Notes under the pieces: generated by a model
What the model was told of the DNA's origin: nothing
What the model saw: only the letters and a program-made list of their open reading frames with translations
The model's database searches: none
Shown here: one piece after another, positions 27,810 to 40,898 of the stretch
How positions within the stretch are numbered: the stretch's first letter is position 1
Layout: every line of letters begins with the position of its first letter
From: Vicugna vicugna
Lineage: Eukaryota
Assembly (NCBI GenBank): GCA_013265495.1
Contig: MU058584.1
Location: 3,538,508 to 3,602,507 of the forward strand
Direction: 5' to 3'
Length of the DNA: 64,000 bases
Translations under genes and position numbers: made by a program

Positions 27810-28356
27810 CAGTTGCCCTTTTGCATTTGCAGGTTCTGTGTGTGCAGATTCAACAAGCCAAGTGTAATGGAAAATATTTGGGGAAGGAGGGGAAGATACA
27901 GCTCAGTGGTAGAGCACAGGCTTAGTGTGCACAAGGTCCTGGGTTCAATCCCCAGTACCTCCGCTAAAAATAAGTAAATAAATAAACCTAATTACCTCTC
28001 TCTCCCTAAAAATAATTTTTAAAATAAAATTAAAATAAATTTTAAAAAAAGAAAAAGAAACTATTGGGGGGGGGCGGATTCCATAAAGTTCCAAAAAGCA
28101 AAACTTGAATTTGCCATGATTTGCATTTACACTTTGTTTGCAACTGTTTACGTAGCATTTCCATTGTATTAGGTATTACAAGTAATCTAGAGATGATTAA
28201 AGTGTACAAGAGGATGTGCATAAGTTATATGCAAATACTGTGTTATTTTATATAAGGGACTTGAGCATCCATGGATTTTGGTATCTGTAGGGGATCCTGA
28301 AACAAACCTCCCCTCACCTCACGCCCTCCCTCTGCCCAGATACCAAAGGAGGACTG
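27810..28356 (+). mobile_element. Tigger3a/MER7-like DNA transposon split by the SINE
   Basis: cagttg...gactg termini; internal aagtaatctagagatgatt and gggacttgagcatccatggattttggtatc. Confidence 0.8.
27889..28056 (+). mobile_element. tRNA-derived SINE (camelid-type)
   Basis: A box cagctcagtgg, B box ggttcaatcc, tail aaataaataaacctaattacctc plus an A-rich end; imperfect TSD gaaaatatttgggg / gaaactattggggg. Confidence 0.85.
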
Positions 28357-30116
28357 TGATCTTCCAAAGATAATTCTAGCCTCTTTAAGTAGAGAGATAG
28401 GAAGCAGGTGATGGGTTAGGAGGCTATCAGAATTCCCCACTAAGGTGCATGTAAGGTGTGAATGTGTGTTTTGCCTTGTATTTTCATTTCTTCATAAATA
28501 TGATAATTATAAATCCACAGGAATCAAAGGCTGATTTAACACATTGCAAATGGGCTGTGGCTAGGTGTGTTTACTAAGAGAAATATTTTAATTTTTCTAG
28601 AAACGCTTCCATAGTAGAAATCTATGTAGTATAGAAAGTTCACCCTGGGCTTACTGGATAAGACAAATTTCTGTGCAAACATTTTACCAAAGTAGAGATA
28701 AGGAAAGGAGTCACTCTCTCTTTCAGAAATAGGATAAAAAAAAAAAGATATCAACAGGGGCAAATACAAAATACCCTTCTTGGTTTCATTGAATAAGCAG
28801 ATTAATCCAGAAGCGATTCCCCCAACCTATGCAACATTTTCTCTCCCAGTTTGTCCCTAAAAGGAGTTAAAAACAGAAGAACAGGTGACAAGTACACTTT
28901 CTTTTGAACTTAAGAAAATTTTTCTCTTTCACCACAGGTTTTTTTTAACAAATTATTTTTTAACCCAAATTAATGAGGTTATTTGCTCATAAATGTTTCA
29001 TAAGCAACTTCAACAGTAACTTACAGGAAAACTGCTTTAGCAAAAATCAAGCAAAGTGATCCAAGAAAACAAGACTTGCCATATGCCAAGAAATACATAA
29101 AACTGTTTACTTTTTTTGAGCGTCATAGGAGAGAAGTGAGTGTTCTGATTTCCACTATCCATAGAATCACCAAAGCTGAGAAAGTTGTGAACAGAGGAAA
29201 GAATTACTGCCAAGATATACACCTGTTTGAACTAAATGACTCTGATCAGATTTAACATAGTGCCTGGGTGAAAGTTTATTTTCATTATTGTAATTTTTGT
29301 TTTGTTTTGTTTTAAAGCCAGCCTTTACTGTCTTCTTTTATATGCATCCTCACAATATATATAGTCTCCAAAGCAGGAAAAAGGCTGTGACTTGGTACAT
29401 TGGACTGCAACCTAATCTTGGGTAAAAAACTAATCTTATTACCTCATAAATTTCTAGCAATAATTTCTTGGTTTAATTTGAATGCAAACTGTTCCAAAAG
29501 AATTGAATTTTAGCAATTGCGTTGGGATGTGTGGTATCTGATTTGAAAGAGTGTACCTTTGTCTACCACTGGTTGAAATCACTGACTTTTTTTATTGCTT
29601 TGATGAATATAAAGTCCCAAGGGTGGTGACTTCTTTGCAATCTGCTTGCTTAAGCACATACCTACACTTTTAAAATGTTTTCCTGTTTATTTGTCCTGCT
29701 GTGATCACAGTAGGATAATAGCCGCTGCTTTACCACTCCATTTCTGTGCCTGTGATCATAAAAAGCCTGATGGATCGATATGAGGCTTTTAATGTACTTT
29801 TTCTGCCTCTTTCATTACAGGTTTGCAGCCAGAATACAAAAATGCTGTTAAGACATAATCTTTTTCCAGTGTTTGGTTCCCAGGAAGTGCTTCCCGGGGA
29901 AAGTGAGAGTCTACACATGGTGGCTTTCAAGAAATAAAGCAATGGAGTTTCAGTTGCAGTAATTTTATGGGACTTTTTCCTTCTCAAGCATTAGAGACTG
30001 TTGCGCAGATGTTCACGGCGTCCTCCATGTGCCTTCTGAAGCACTGCCCTTATTTGAATGTTTAATTCTCATTGGGAGCCAAGAGTAAATTGGGAAGAGT
30101 TTATTCCCGTGCACAT

Positions 30117-30525
30117 CAGTGGTGTGCTGGCAAACGGTTAACAACAGGTTCTAGGGGACAGTGATTTGCAGCACTGGCTGACTGCTAAGGTGCCCATACT
30201 CCCACAAAGGCCAGTTTCAAGCTACCAATGACATCACTGAATATGGAGCTGGGAAAGAGAAACATAACAGCACATCGCTATGTAGTGTGATACAAATACA
30301 ATAGATATTAAAAAACAACCTCACTAGCATGGATAATAGTAAAATGTGGCAAAATAATTAAGAAGTGATGGGATATGAATTTTTATTACCTTCGTTTTTA
30401 ACGATATTCATTTAGTTGTAAGTTTACAAACATTTTACTAATAACTATCTTTACAATAGGTTTGGAAAATTTCCTAAAACTTCAACAGTTGAGTCTGATG
30501 AGCTGATTCCAATAGGCTAATGCAC
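30117..30525 (+). mobile_element. hAT-Tip100 (Arthur1-like) DNA transposon
   Basis: Begins cagtggtgtgctggcaaacggttaacaac; internal ccagtttcaagctaccaatg. Confidence 0.7.
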
Positions 30526-32613
30526 ATGATTTTCTGATCAAAAAAATATTACCTTTTCTTAGGGAAATAATCACTTCTACAATGCCTCTGGCCCTTAGAG
30601 AAGAAATCTCTGCAGCCATTTTCCAGGAAGCTGGTTACCTTCACAGAGAGCACTCAGAAAATAAAATCAATTTTGGTAGCAGGATGTGCTCATGACTCAG
30701 AGGGCAGCCCATCTGGGCCAAGTGCTGGGAAGGCTTCAGGGCAGCATGGCCATAACCCAGCCAGCAGTGGTGTTCTATGAAAAAAAACATGGAAATTGCA
30801 CAATAAAATTTCAATAACCCCGTCATGGAATTCAACTTAAAGAAGACATGAAATGGATTTAATATGCTATGTACTGTTCACTCATCCTATTCTTTAAGAG
30901 GGGATGGGAATTGGATTTCAGATCAGTAATGAGTTTTTCACATTTTTTGTTCTTACTGTAAGAGTACATGTTAGCACCATTTACTGCAGTAAAGCTGTCT
31001 TTGGTGATGTACTCATTTATTCATTCATTCTTCACATACTTACTGGGTCCCTATGGCAGGCAAGATGGGGCACAAGGCTCAGTATGCTTAAAGACAAGCA
31101 AGCTTGTCCCTTCTGAGCTGGACGTCACAGTCTGATGGAGAGATAAATATTATATAAATCACAACTTCACATATTCATATTTTATTACAGAAATAAAGTG
31201 TTATGTGATCTATGGGGCTGAACAACTGATTAGACCTTTTAATAAACTTCCTGCCAAGGAAAATCTGAGGAACTAAGCAATGGTGTAAAGAAATATTCCA
31301 AGACACGCATGATGAAGAAAGGACCCAGTATTTCAGGCTAGTCTTATTTCCTGCATGTGTCCCCTGCTCCTGTTTTGGTAAAGCCCCCATACATAGCAGC
31401 ATCTCAGCTGTCTAGTCAGCACTGTCTGTAGAAAGGGCTCAGTGCTCTGACCTCACCGGGACTCAGGTGAGCCGTAAGTCATGGCACAGAGTCTAGCTAG
31501 CTGAAGATAATGAGGTTATTTCAAGGATACAGAGAGCCACAGTATAGGTGTTTCAGGAAGCCCAGCGTGTCCTCTCTGTTTCCTTCTTTAAGAGCTGGGC
31601 ATACTTTTCTGCTTCTCTCTTGCCTTCTCCTCTCTCCCTGCTGGGTGATGCCTCACTTTATCCTACCCAGGACCCATAAAGGCTGCCCTAGTCTCCTCTG
31701 CAGCTTTGTAACTTCCCGCTTGTGACATCTCTCTGACCTCTCCTCCTCGGTGCTAACCCTTGAAGGGTTAGGAGCTCACTCTCAGTCCTGTCAGCTGAGA
31801 CCAGGGCACAAACCTAGGATAGCTAAGATTCGAAGCTTCTTTTTATGGCTCTTCCCTAAAAGCACATATCTACACACAAAAGACATTCGAGTATGCTGGG
31901 CTGAACAGATACTCAACAATCATGACCAGAAATAGTCAGGCCCTTTGCTCTTTGTCAAGATTCCCTGCTAGTTAAACGATTTATATTGGGGAGAACTACA
32001 CGGCCATTAGAAGGAATGAAACACAATTACACGCGCAGATATCAGAAGATACTCAATAATAATCTCAAATTGTAGGACAGTGTGCATTCGTGGCACCATG
32101 GGTAGAAAAAAACCTATATGCCTATGGTTGTACAGGTATATGCAACTTCAGAAAAATGCAAAAAACTGTTAACAGTGGCTTCCTCTGGGGATAAGGAACA
32201 TATTGCGTTTGTGTGTATTAAATATTGGTGAAGCAAAAGAGGCAGCAACTTGGATAATTAATTCAGACCATCATTTTGCTACCCTGACTGGCATAGTTTA
32301 GAATTATCCTTACTTCCTGCGAAGAAGGTTTGAGTGGGCAGCGGGGGGATGGAGAGATTTAGAATGAGGTAGGAATGTGGCTTAAATAGTGCACATTTTC
32401 CAAATAGTTATTTACCATGCCACTCACTTTGAGGCTTGTGAATAATTTTTACACATGTGTAGCTGCGCTCACTTGGTATGTTTTAAAAGGTACAAATAGA
32501 TCAGTTGTTGGAAATGTGTTAAGTAATTTCACAATAATTGAATTGTACACTGAGGGGAGCTAACACACTGAGGTAAGGCAGCTAAACCAAGGGCCAGTTT
32601 TGTCCATGTACAA

Positions 32614-32632
32614 GCTCGCCCTCTGCTGGCCA
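32614..32632 (-). promoter_or_regulatory. CTCF motif
   Basis: Reverse complement TGGCCAGCAGAGGGCGAGC vs consensus TGGCCACCAGGGGGCGCTA. Confidence 0.65.
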
Positions 32633-33165
32633 TTCTGGGAAAATGACAGCTGTTTCAAAGCAATTGGATCTTCTCCATGGTCTTCATTCATTCCAAGAGT
32701 ATTGATCACCTACCATGTGCCAGATGCATATGTGTATCATACACACTGAATATCTGTTGTATGATTCTATTTACTTCTTGTATGTTTAAATATTTCTCAT
32801 TAAAAAACTCATTAAAAAATCCAATGTGTAGAGGAAAAAGTGTCAGAAAAATATTATGATAAAGAAAATTTCATATCTTAAATTCTGATGGTAGCTCTTT
32901 GTACTGATTAAATGAGGTAAAGGCAGATAACATTTTGGAAATGAGTACGGCTTGAGAAATTATTTAGTTCAGTCCTCTTTATTTTACAGCCAAGAAAACT
33001 GAGGTTCAGAGACATTAACAGCTAGTGTAGAGACAGGCAGAAAATCCCCAAATGAAAGTACTAAAATAAGTCCAAGCAATATTACTAGGCATTCGTTTCT
33101 CTCTTTTAAAATAATCCCATCTTCCAGTCAGATTTTATTTAGCTTAAAGTTCATAAAAAGTCCAG

Positions 33166-33166
<1 letters not shown>

Positions 33167-33229
<63 letters not shown>

Positions 33230-33237
33230 TTTCTTTT
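33167..33237. repeat. Compound (CTTG)n(CTTT)n tetranucleotide repeat
   Basis: Direct reading. Confidence 0.95.
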
Positions 33238-33754
33238 TGGAGAATTTAGAAAGGCCTGAAAAAGAAAAGTGGGAGAAATCCATTTATAACAATTTCACAA
33301 ATGTGGAACCTTTCCCCATCCTTGTACATGCTTTCTGAGCTTTACACACAGCACACAAATGGCTGGGATCAGCAGCGAGCACCAGCATTGCACAGGGCTG
33401 TGATTTCTACTTAGAATTTTTATAAAAATTATTTCTGTGGTAAGATTTCTCCTTGATTCTTTTTCTTTCTTTCTACTCTATGAAACTAACAGCAACTGAG
33501 GAAACAGAGAAGGGAAAACATCCTTTTTTTAAAAAAAAAAAAGCAATTCTGACTGACTATATGGAAATACGAACTCCCATCTCTGTTGCTAACAGGGAAA
33601 AGTCAGGTATGCATTTTCTCTCTAGAACTCCTCCCTCAGGTCCTTGTCGTCAGCTTTGGAGAAGCTCAGCAACAGAAACCTATTATTTTACTTTCTTGGA
33701 ACCATACTCTGTCTTTCCCTAGACCCCTTTCTTATATTGAATTTCCTTTCCTAG

Positions 33755-33827
33755 GACTGAAAATGTTGCCCTTCTCTGGAGACATGATGGCTGGTGTTGC
33801 CTGGAGAAGAAAAGCAATGGTGAAAAG
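33755..33827 (+). pseudogene. FMO pseudogene A (FMO7P-like by position), exon 8
   Basis: tttcctttcctAG acceptor and AAG/GTAGGG donor. Exactly 73 nt, phase 1 to 2, as in FMO exon 8. Reads GLKMLPFSGDMMAGVAWRRKAMVKR. Confidence 0.85.
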
Positions 33828-34835
33828 GTAGGGTCCTCCAACAGCAGGCAATTACTGAAAGCAGGATTTATGGGTTTAACGAGTGTGGGGTCAAAGGAGG
33901 CCAAAGGAATCTGTGTGTCAGATTTGAGACATAAACTTCTAACATCAGGGAAGCAACTTTCAGGAATATTCAAAGATTGAAGGCTTCTTATGGCAGACAC
34001 TTACTCTGTCCTTGCTTTTAAAATTCAGGTTTAATTTGATTATCCTACAGGCTAAGAGGAAATATCCCATAATGTAGAAAGGATAGAAAGAAAGCAGAAA
34101 TTCACTGATGAAACAAATGTCAGAATGCTATGTGCCAGGAGCTGTGCTAGTCAGGTGGGATCAACATCATTGCCAACAGCAAAGAGCTTTCCCCTGATGG
34201 TGAGTCAACGCTTCCCCACGGAGAGGATGAAGCTTCACACAAGCCAAGACCGCAGGTGTGTCCAAGGAGACATTCCGAAGGTGGGAAGAATAATTTTTAT
34301 GCTCTGATCAGGAAAAGACCTAAGGCATTTTAAGGAATATTTTCTAGACTCCTTTTTGCAGTCTTTCAGGAGACTTCCATCAAGGTCCATTTCGGGGTTT
34401 AGTAAAGAAGGGTAATAGCCCTAAGGCTTAGAATAGAATAGGAATAAAGCTAAATTCAACCTTTCGCAGCCAGATTCTCCAAATGAACTCTTAGATAATT
34501 GCAGTGATTATTTAAGTGAAAGTTCACTCCGTACCTAAATATTTGCTGAAACCTGTGTAGACCATGAAAAAGACTACAAGATCTTGCCCGCAGACAGTTT
34601 ACAGCTCAAGGCTCCCTTACACAGACCAAACCCAGACAGTATACAAAGTACAGCTAAGCAATGGTGAGGGCAATCAGTGAGGGCAGGGGTGGCTGGTTGG
34701 GGAGAATTCAGGAGGTCAGACGGCAAGGGACTTGAGCTTTGCCCTAAAGGTAACACTTGTCTATGCAAAAGGGAAAGATGGAGGTTGAGCCTCCCAGGAC
34801 GAAATGTTTTAATTATTTCTTTCCTCTCTGCACAG

Positions 34836-35194
34836 TCAATGAGAGTCATGTGGTTTGTTTTCAAGTATACTCAGGATTATATCAGCTGTGTGGACAGAGT
34901 TGCCTCTAAGGCAGTAATGAAACCCAGTTTGTCATCTCTCTTATCCACTGATCCCAAACTAGCTGTGGACATTTTCTTTGGACCATGCACCCCATACCGG
35001 TACCACCAGCAGGGACTGGGGAAATGAATGGGATGGAGCCCAGAGAGCCATCCTGATACAGAGAGAACTGATTTTTATACCCATGAAGACCCCAGGTGGT
35101 ACATGAAGATATCTGCCAATCTCATGGGTCAACCTGGTGCCAGTTTCTCTGTGCCAGCCTGGCCATCTCAGTGTTTGTGATCACCTGCTATTAA
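34836..35194 (+). pseudogene. FMO pseudogene A, terminal exon 9 (disrupted)
   Basis: ctctctgcacAG acceptor; DYISCVDRVASKAVMKPSLSSLLSTDPKLAVDIFFGPCTPYRYHQQGLGK. An AATG duplication creates TGA at 35025-35027. Then WDGAQRAILIQRELIFIPMKT, another +1 shift, and a hydrophobic tail ending FLCASLAISVFVITCY* (TAA 35192-35194). Confidence 0.9.
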
Positions 35195-36359
35195 TGTGAC
35201 AGAACAAAGCAAAAGCTACAGGGGCCCAAGTGTCCCTCCACTTCTTAAGCCAATCCCTGTGCCTTTGAATGTCTTAATTCCCTTCACCTGGCTTGTCCCC
35301 AGAGAGGCATTTACTCATCACAGGTCACTGAGAGAGATTTGACTGGTTGTCATTGTCTTCCTCTGTCATTGTTATTAAGTGCCCACTATGCACGTGGCGC
35401 TGAACCCAACAATGGTAAACATCCCACCCTGGAGGAACAGCAGTTAAATGACACACCCCTCGTGGACTAATGCATGAACAGTATCTCCAGTCAGTAAGGA
35501 CGCTTAGATCTTGGTGCCTTGGCCATATTCATAACAGAGTGGAATTTTAAAGATTTCCACTCCCCTTAGTGTATGGCAGGATTATTGTGTCATTTCAATT
35601 GCCCAATATTCAGCTAACATATAAATAAATGAATATGTATTTATCTACTGTTGCTAGCCACATTTCTAGGTGCTTTACATTTGACAAGCTTCACAACAAC
35701 ATATACAAGGGAAGAATTTTACATTCCTTGTATGAAAATTGTTAGATCAGATTGCCCAAGATTATATAATAAATGGTGGTTCAGAGTTTGAACCTAACTG
35801 ATACCAAAGACAGAGTTCTTTTCTGTATATCACACACTCTTTCATTTTAAACTGCTATTTTTCAGGAGTTTACATGCTAGAATATTTAAAACCCTCCTAG
35901 TGTGTTATGCATTTTCTTTACTGCTGATTGCTTGCTGAAGTAAGCAAATTGTTACATTGTGCATAGGCAAAAAATTTATTTTTCTAACAACACATAAATA
36001 TTTATAACAGAATGCCTTGTTGAAGTTTCCTTCTTTCATATAATTTACAAATTGCATATTACCATGATGTGAAGCCAGAAATATTTTTAATCAAGCTGTA
36101 TTTCCTAATATGAAAGTGTTTATCATCTCAGTCCATTTAAAACATTTGAATAAAAGAATATGCACTTGAAAGAATCTTTAGTTAAAAGCCTTTTGAACAA
36201 CTAGCTAGTATATATCATCAATTCCCAATTTCTGGCTCACAAGTGGAATCTGAGGTAATGATAGTGTAAAATGGATGCTAACATTATAAAATACTTGAAA
36301 AATTATCTATAAATCCACCAATCTCATTGTAAGATTCATTAGTGTTGTTCATCAAATAT

Positions 36360-36695
36360 CTCTCATTTTTGTCTGTCTCTCTGATCACATAGTAGGAAAT
36401 AGCTTTCTTGCCCTCTTTGAAGTTTGGTATGATCATGTGACTTGCTTTGGCCAAATAAATGTAAGTAGAAGTGACCTAATTCACTCCTGTGTAGAATCTT
36501 TAAGATATAGTGCTGGACACATCTTTCCTCTGCCAAGGCTGAATTAGTTAAGGAAGCAGGTGTGAAGAAGGAAACTTCCTCTGCCTGGGTCCCTGAGTGA
36601 TTACAGTGAGCAGAGCCTGATAATGTAGCATGAACTTCTGTTGTAATTGACTGACAGGGAATGTTTGTTACTGGAGCATAATCTGACTGATACAT
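36360..36695 (+). mobile_element. Old MLT1 LTR
   Basis: catgtgacttgctttggccaaataaatgtaagtagaagtgac; tgtttgttactggagcataatctgactgataca. Confidence 0.7.
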
Positions 36696-39600
36696 TGTTA
36701 CATCAAGGGAACATTGTTCATATTCCCATCACACTTTATCTACATACGTATACAGTTTTTACATGGATACAATCCTAGTATACATATATTTTTCTCTGTC
36801 ACTTCTCAAAACATTATATTGTAAACACTTTCTCAGGTTTTTCATGAACTCCATATTTATCATTTTAATAGTTGTATAATAGCCTACCACAGCCACATTC
36901 AATTATTTATTAACTATTTCTCTATTATTTAAACTGTTTCTCTTTTTTCTATTAATAATGCAGCTAAAGTTACCTTTGGACATGTAGCTTTCTTCTTTTT
37001 CAAAATTATTTTCTTGGGCTAAAGAAAAGAAATAATTGTTTTCCTTTCAATTTTATAGTAGAGTATTTTATAGTCAAGCTTATAGTACCTTTATCTTAAA
37101 ATTGGTGTAATAATTTTGGTAATAATTAAATTGAAAAAAGATTGCTCTTTATTTTATCATTCTTTGAAATTATAGTGCTAATTGGTTCAAAAGATAACAT
37201 TGGAATATTAAAAATCTGTCTGAAAAGATATTCTTCTGAGATAAAATCAGGGCACACTCTAAACCTGACATCCTGATAAAATCAACTAAACATCACAGAA
37301 TTTTTTACTTATAATAAATGACTTAAAGTGATACAAGTCTATGCCCAAAAGACAGCTGAATTGTTTCTGCTGAGATTAAATTAGCAATGTTTCATCCTCG
37401 CGCTGAACGAGAGAATCGGTATTTCTATAGTCTTTGTCTTGGTGGTAAACATGTTTCCTTAGGAAAGCCAGACTGGTTATCCTGCCCAGAAACAAAGAAG
37501 CAAACAAAAAACTCTGCTTTCTTCTCTTTACATGGATCATTTTGATGAATAAGGCAGTTTTATTTCTTCTAACTCAGGGACTATATATCTGAGATTGTCT
37601 TCCACTTTTATATCCCCCACTATTTTATATTTATCTAACACGAATTTCCGAAGCAGCTATTATCCCATAAATGCTGTGTAGGGTGATGAAGTCAGCACTT
37701 CACACAAATATCTGCACCATGGAGAGCCAGCATCTGTGAAACGTCTAACCACTGCTAAGATTTTCTCTTCTCCTTTCCTTCTCCTCTTCCTTCCTCACGC
37801 TCCCTCTCACCTCATGCCTTATTTTTAGTTTTCTCTTAAATTTCAGTGACTAAGAGATAAAAATCACTGCAACCAACACCCTGGCAGTAGAGATGCGGGC
37901 TGCATGGAGAGAGATGCGGGGCCCTTATTTTGCTGGTGCTCACTGATTTATGAGCGTCAGTTATAAGCCTGGCTCCTACTCATGTTACCTTGTAGAGTGA
38001 CTCCCCGAGGCTGGCACTCTCTCTAGACTGAGAGGTGCTTCTGGGCAATTCTGTGAGAACATGGTCACATGATCTTTTAAGCACTTAAATGGAACTTGTC
38101 ATGCCTAATTTACCATTCTCGAAGAGGGGCTGGGAGAATCAGATGAATAATGCATGCAAGAGTGCTTTGAAATTATGTAGGTACAAACATAACCACATTC
38201 ATCTAATAAAATGAAATTGATGGTGTTATTAAGCACTCTGCCACTGCAGAAGAAACCAAAAGTTTTTTTTTTTTTGAAGTTTCTTTCTCCAAGTGAAAAA
38301 TCTTATGACAGGTTATTATCCTATTGCAGAAGAAGAGAATGAGACGGAAACCACCCCCTCCTTTTTTTTTTTTTTTTTTGAGAAATAGAAGACATTTTAT
38401 ACCAACAGGTATTTTTCATAAATAAAAACTGTTCTTAGAGGTCCAGCTCTAAACCAGTTTTCTGCTAACCACCCCAGTTTTTCCCATCACCTTAAGACAC
38501 TGGCTTTGCTGCCGGTAGACCTGGATTAAAATCTTGGATAACTCCTTTTTGTGACTTCAAGAAAAATCATCCCATCCTTTGGAGCTCGTTTCCTTATTAA
38601 AGTGAGAGTACTGAGAACATACATTCCCGAGGATCAAATATGAAACCATACATTGAAAACATTTTTATAAATAAAAAATAAATCAACCTTTAACAGCATC
38701 CACTTCCCTAAACTTAAAACATTTTAAAAGGATGTCACTGGCTAATTCAGGTAACATTTCTAAATCAAAAAGAACGTGATCACCATTGAATGTTAGTAAT
38801 AAGAAAAGGAAAAGATTGGGTCATCACAGCTGGTGGAAATGTAGAGACCAAGTCCACTCTCACTTTGCAGATGAGGACTCTGGGGTGGAGAAGGGGCTTG
38901 CCCTGTGCTGCTGTGCAGCCTGACCAGGATCCGGCTTAAGAGCGCTCTGATCGGGTTTCTCACTTCTCTGCCCAGCCTTGCTCTGAGCCAACTACCTGAA
39001 CCCTCCTTCCCACTTCCTGCCCACCATCCCACTCACTCCCATCCCATCCCATCCCACGCATCCCCTCTTCTCCCTGAACCTCCACCAAAGCAGCTCTAAA
39101 ATCACCAGTGAACTTCCAGTTGCCAAAGTCAGTAGACACTTTTCCATCCTTCCTGTTTTTAGTCTCTCTTTGGCATTTGTCACACAATTCCTCCCTCCTT
39201 TTTAAATTCTCTCTCTCTTAGATTTTGGTGTTCCTACAGTTGCCTAGCTTTCTCCTACTTTCTTATCATATCTAGTTTACTTATTTTTCAGAATTATTTT
39301 CCTCTGTCCACCATCAACTTATTGGTGCTTAGATATTAATTTTTACACTTGCATTGAGTTTGCTACTTGCCACATCTGCCCTCCTGATTTAACTAACATT
39401 CATTCATTTAGATATCATGTGAACCCTTGTAGGTGCATATACAGTTGTGGAAAGGGAGGCATAGGAAGGGTAAGTAACTTGCTGCGCTGCTTCCTGCAAT
39501 GCTGTGCTAGCTCTGAGGCTATCAGAGCTCTCCCCTTGGCCCTCCTGGCTCCTGACTTCATCTACTCTCACGAGGTTAATAATAGCATTGCCTGCCCTGG

Positions 39601-40820
39601 TCTTCATAAGATCTGTATCCCATGTGTCTAGACTCAACCTCTCTCCTAAGCTCCACATTCCAACAGCGCACTGCACGTCAGAACCTGGATTTACCACAAG
39701 CATCTCAAATGTAATACAACCCAAGCTGAATGCATTATCTCTCCTCCCCAAACTTGCCCACCACCCAGTCTTCCTGTCTTTTTACCTCTCTGGGCCTCAG
39801 TTTCCTCATCTGTATAATTTACGGGTTGAAGGGAATAACCTCCACAAACATCCTTACTTTAACATTGTTTAATTCTCTAAACCTCTGTCCCTGCAGTATC
39901 TCTGGGTTTGATTCTCTCTCTCCCTTTAAGGTCTCTTTATTCATTTATCAATTCTATAAGCAATAGTTGAGTGTATTCTGTGAACGAAATACTGGACAAG
40001 CTCTGGTTGGATAAGAGATCTTTTAGAACATGCATTGGGGAGAGGAATGTAAGTGAAGAAAGGCAGCTCATATACTTCAACAGAGTGGTGGCTGTTGTCT
40101 CATGTGACCAAACAGAGGCCAGGAAGTGGGGGCATCACCACCCAGACAGTTGCCAAACCAATCACTCCATCAGCCACTGAGCTATGTATCTTTACCTCCT
40201 AAACACTGATCTTATCTGTAGCCTCTGTCTGTGTGGGTCTGGGTTTCACGATGGCTCACCTCCTTCAGTGCTGGCTGTCAGTTTTCCTGCCTAGATGTCT
40301 TCTCCACTACTGATAGAGTAATCTTACCAAAACCCAAATCTGACCATAGTGATGCCTCATTGTTTGTAGAAGCAATCTTGCAAGGAGCAGGCTCCTTCCC
40401 TGTCAGGCTGTGGAACCTCCCCCAGCCTCCCCCCACTTTGCCCTGCCCCCCAGGAGAGCCTTCAGCACTTGTTCCCTGCCTGCGTGCATGCAATTCCTTC
40501 AGTCAGTCTGCCTCTTGTCCGGGGGATAAATTTCTATTGATTATTAGAAACTCAGCTCAGATAATGCCCCTTTTGGGAAAATGTCTCTGCTCCCATCTCC
40601 TTTGGAGTCATAAATTTCCTCTTCTTATGCCACTTTCATTCTTTAAATGTGTTGCTGTTACTGCCTGCAACATACGGCATTGTGACATTGCTATTGTTTG
40701 CTTCCCGCCTAGCGCAGGGAGAATCTCTAGGGGTTCTCTAGGGTGTGGACAGGTTAATCTCTGAACAGCAGTGCTGCCTGGATAGCAGCACGTCACCAGC
40801 CCGTGATAAGGGTTTGCTGA

Positions 40821-40898
40821 GTTTATACATGAATCACTATGCTGTGCCCCAGACATTAACCCAACATTGTAAATCAACTGTATTTCAAGTAAAAAAAA
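40821..40898 (+). mobile_element. Tiny L1 3' end
   Basis: gaatcactatgctgtgccccagacattaacccaacattgtaaatcaactg plus A tail; flanking repeat tttgctga on both sides. Confidence 0.75.

Noticed and set aside
27889..27962. Possible tRNA gene
   Set aside because: The A and B boxes are followed by a SINE tail and TSD; it is a SINE head.
29821..29937. Strong acceptor (tttcattacAG) followed by a short frame; GKVRV-like words recall FMO exon 7
   Set aside because: No sustained FMO similarity in any frame.
32400..32495. gttttaaaag/gtac resembling the FMO exon 7 end (VFKG)
   Set aside because: The upstream IQPLG/ELQ.RW motifs are absent; not supportable.
40231..40764. Longest non-L1 ORFs (177 aa here; also 16075-16575, 42689-43198, 24595-25056)
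   Set aside because: They overlap L2 or MLT repeats and show no recognisable domain or splice structure.
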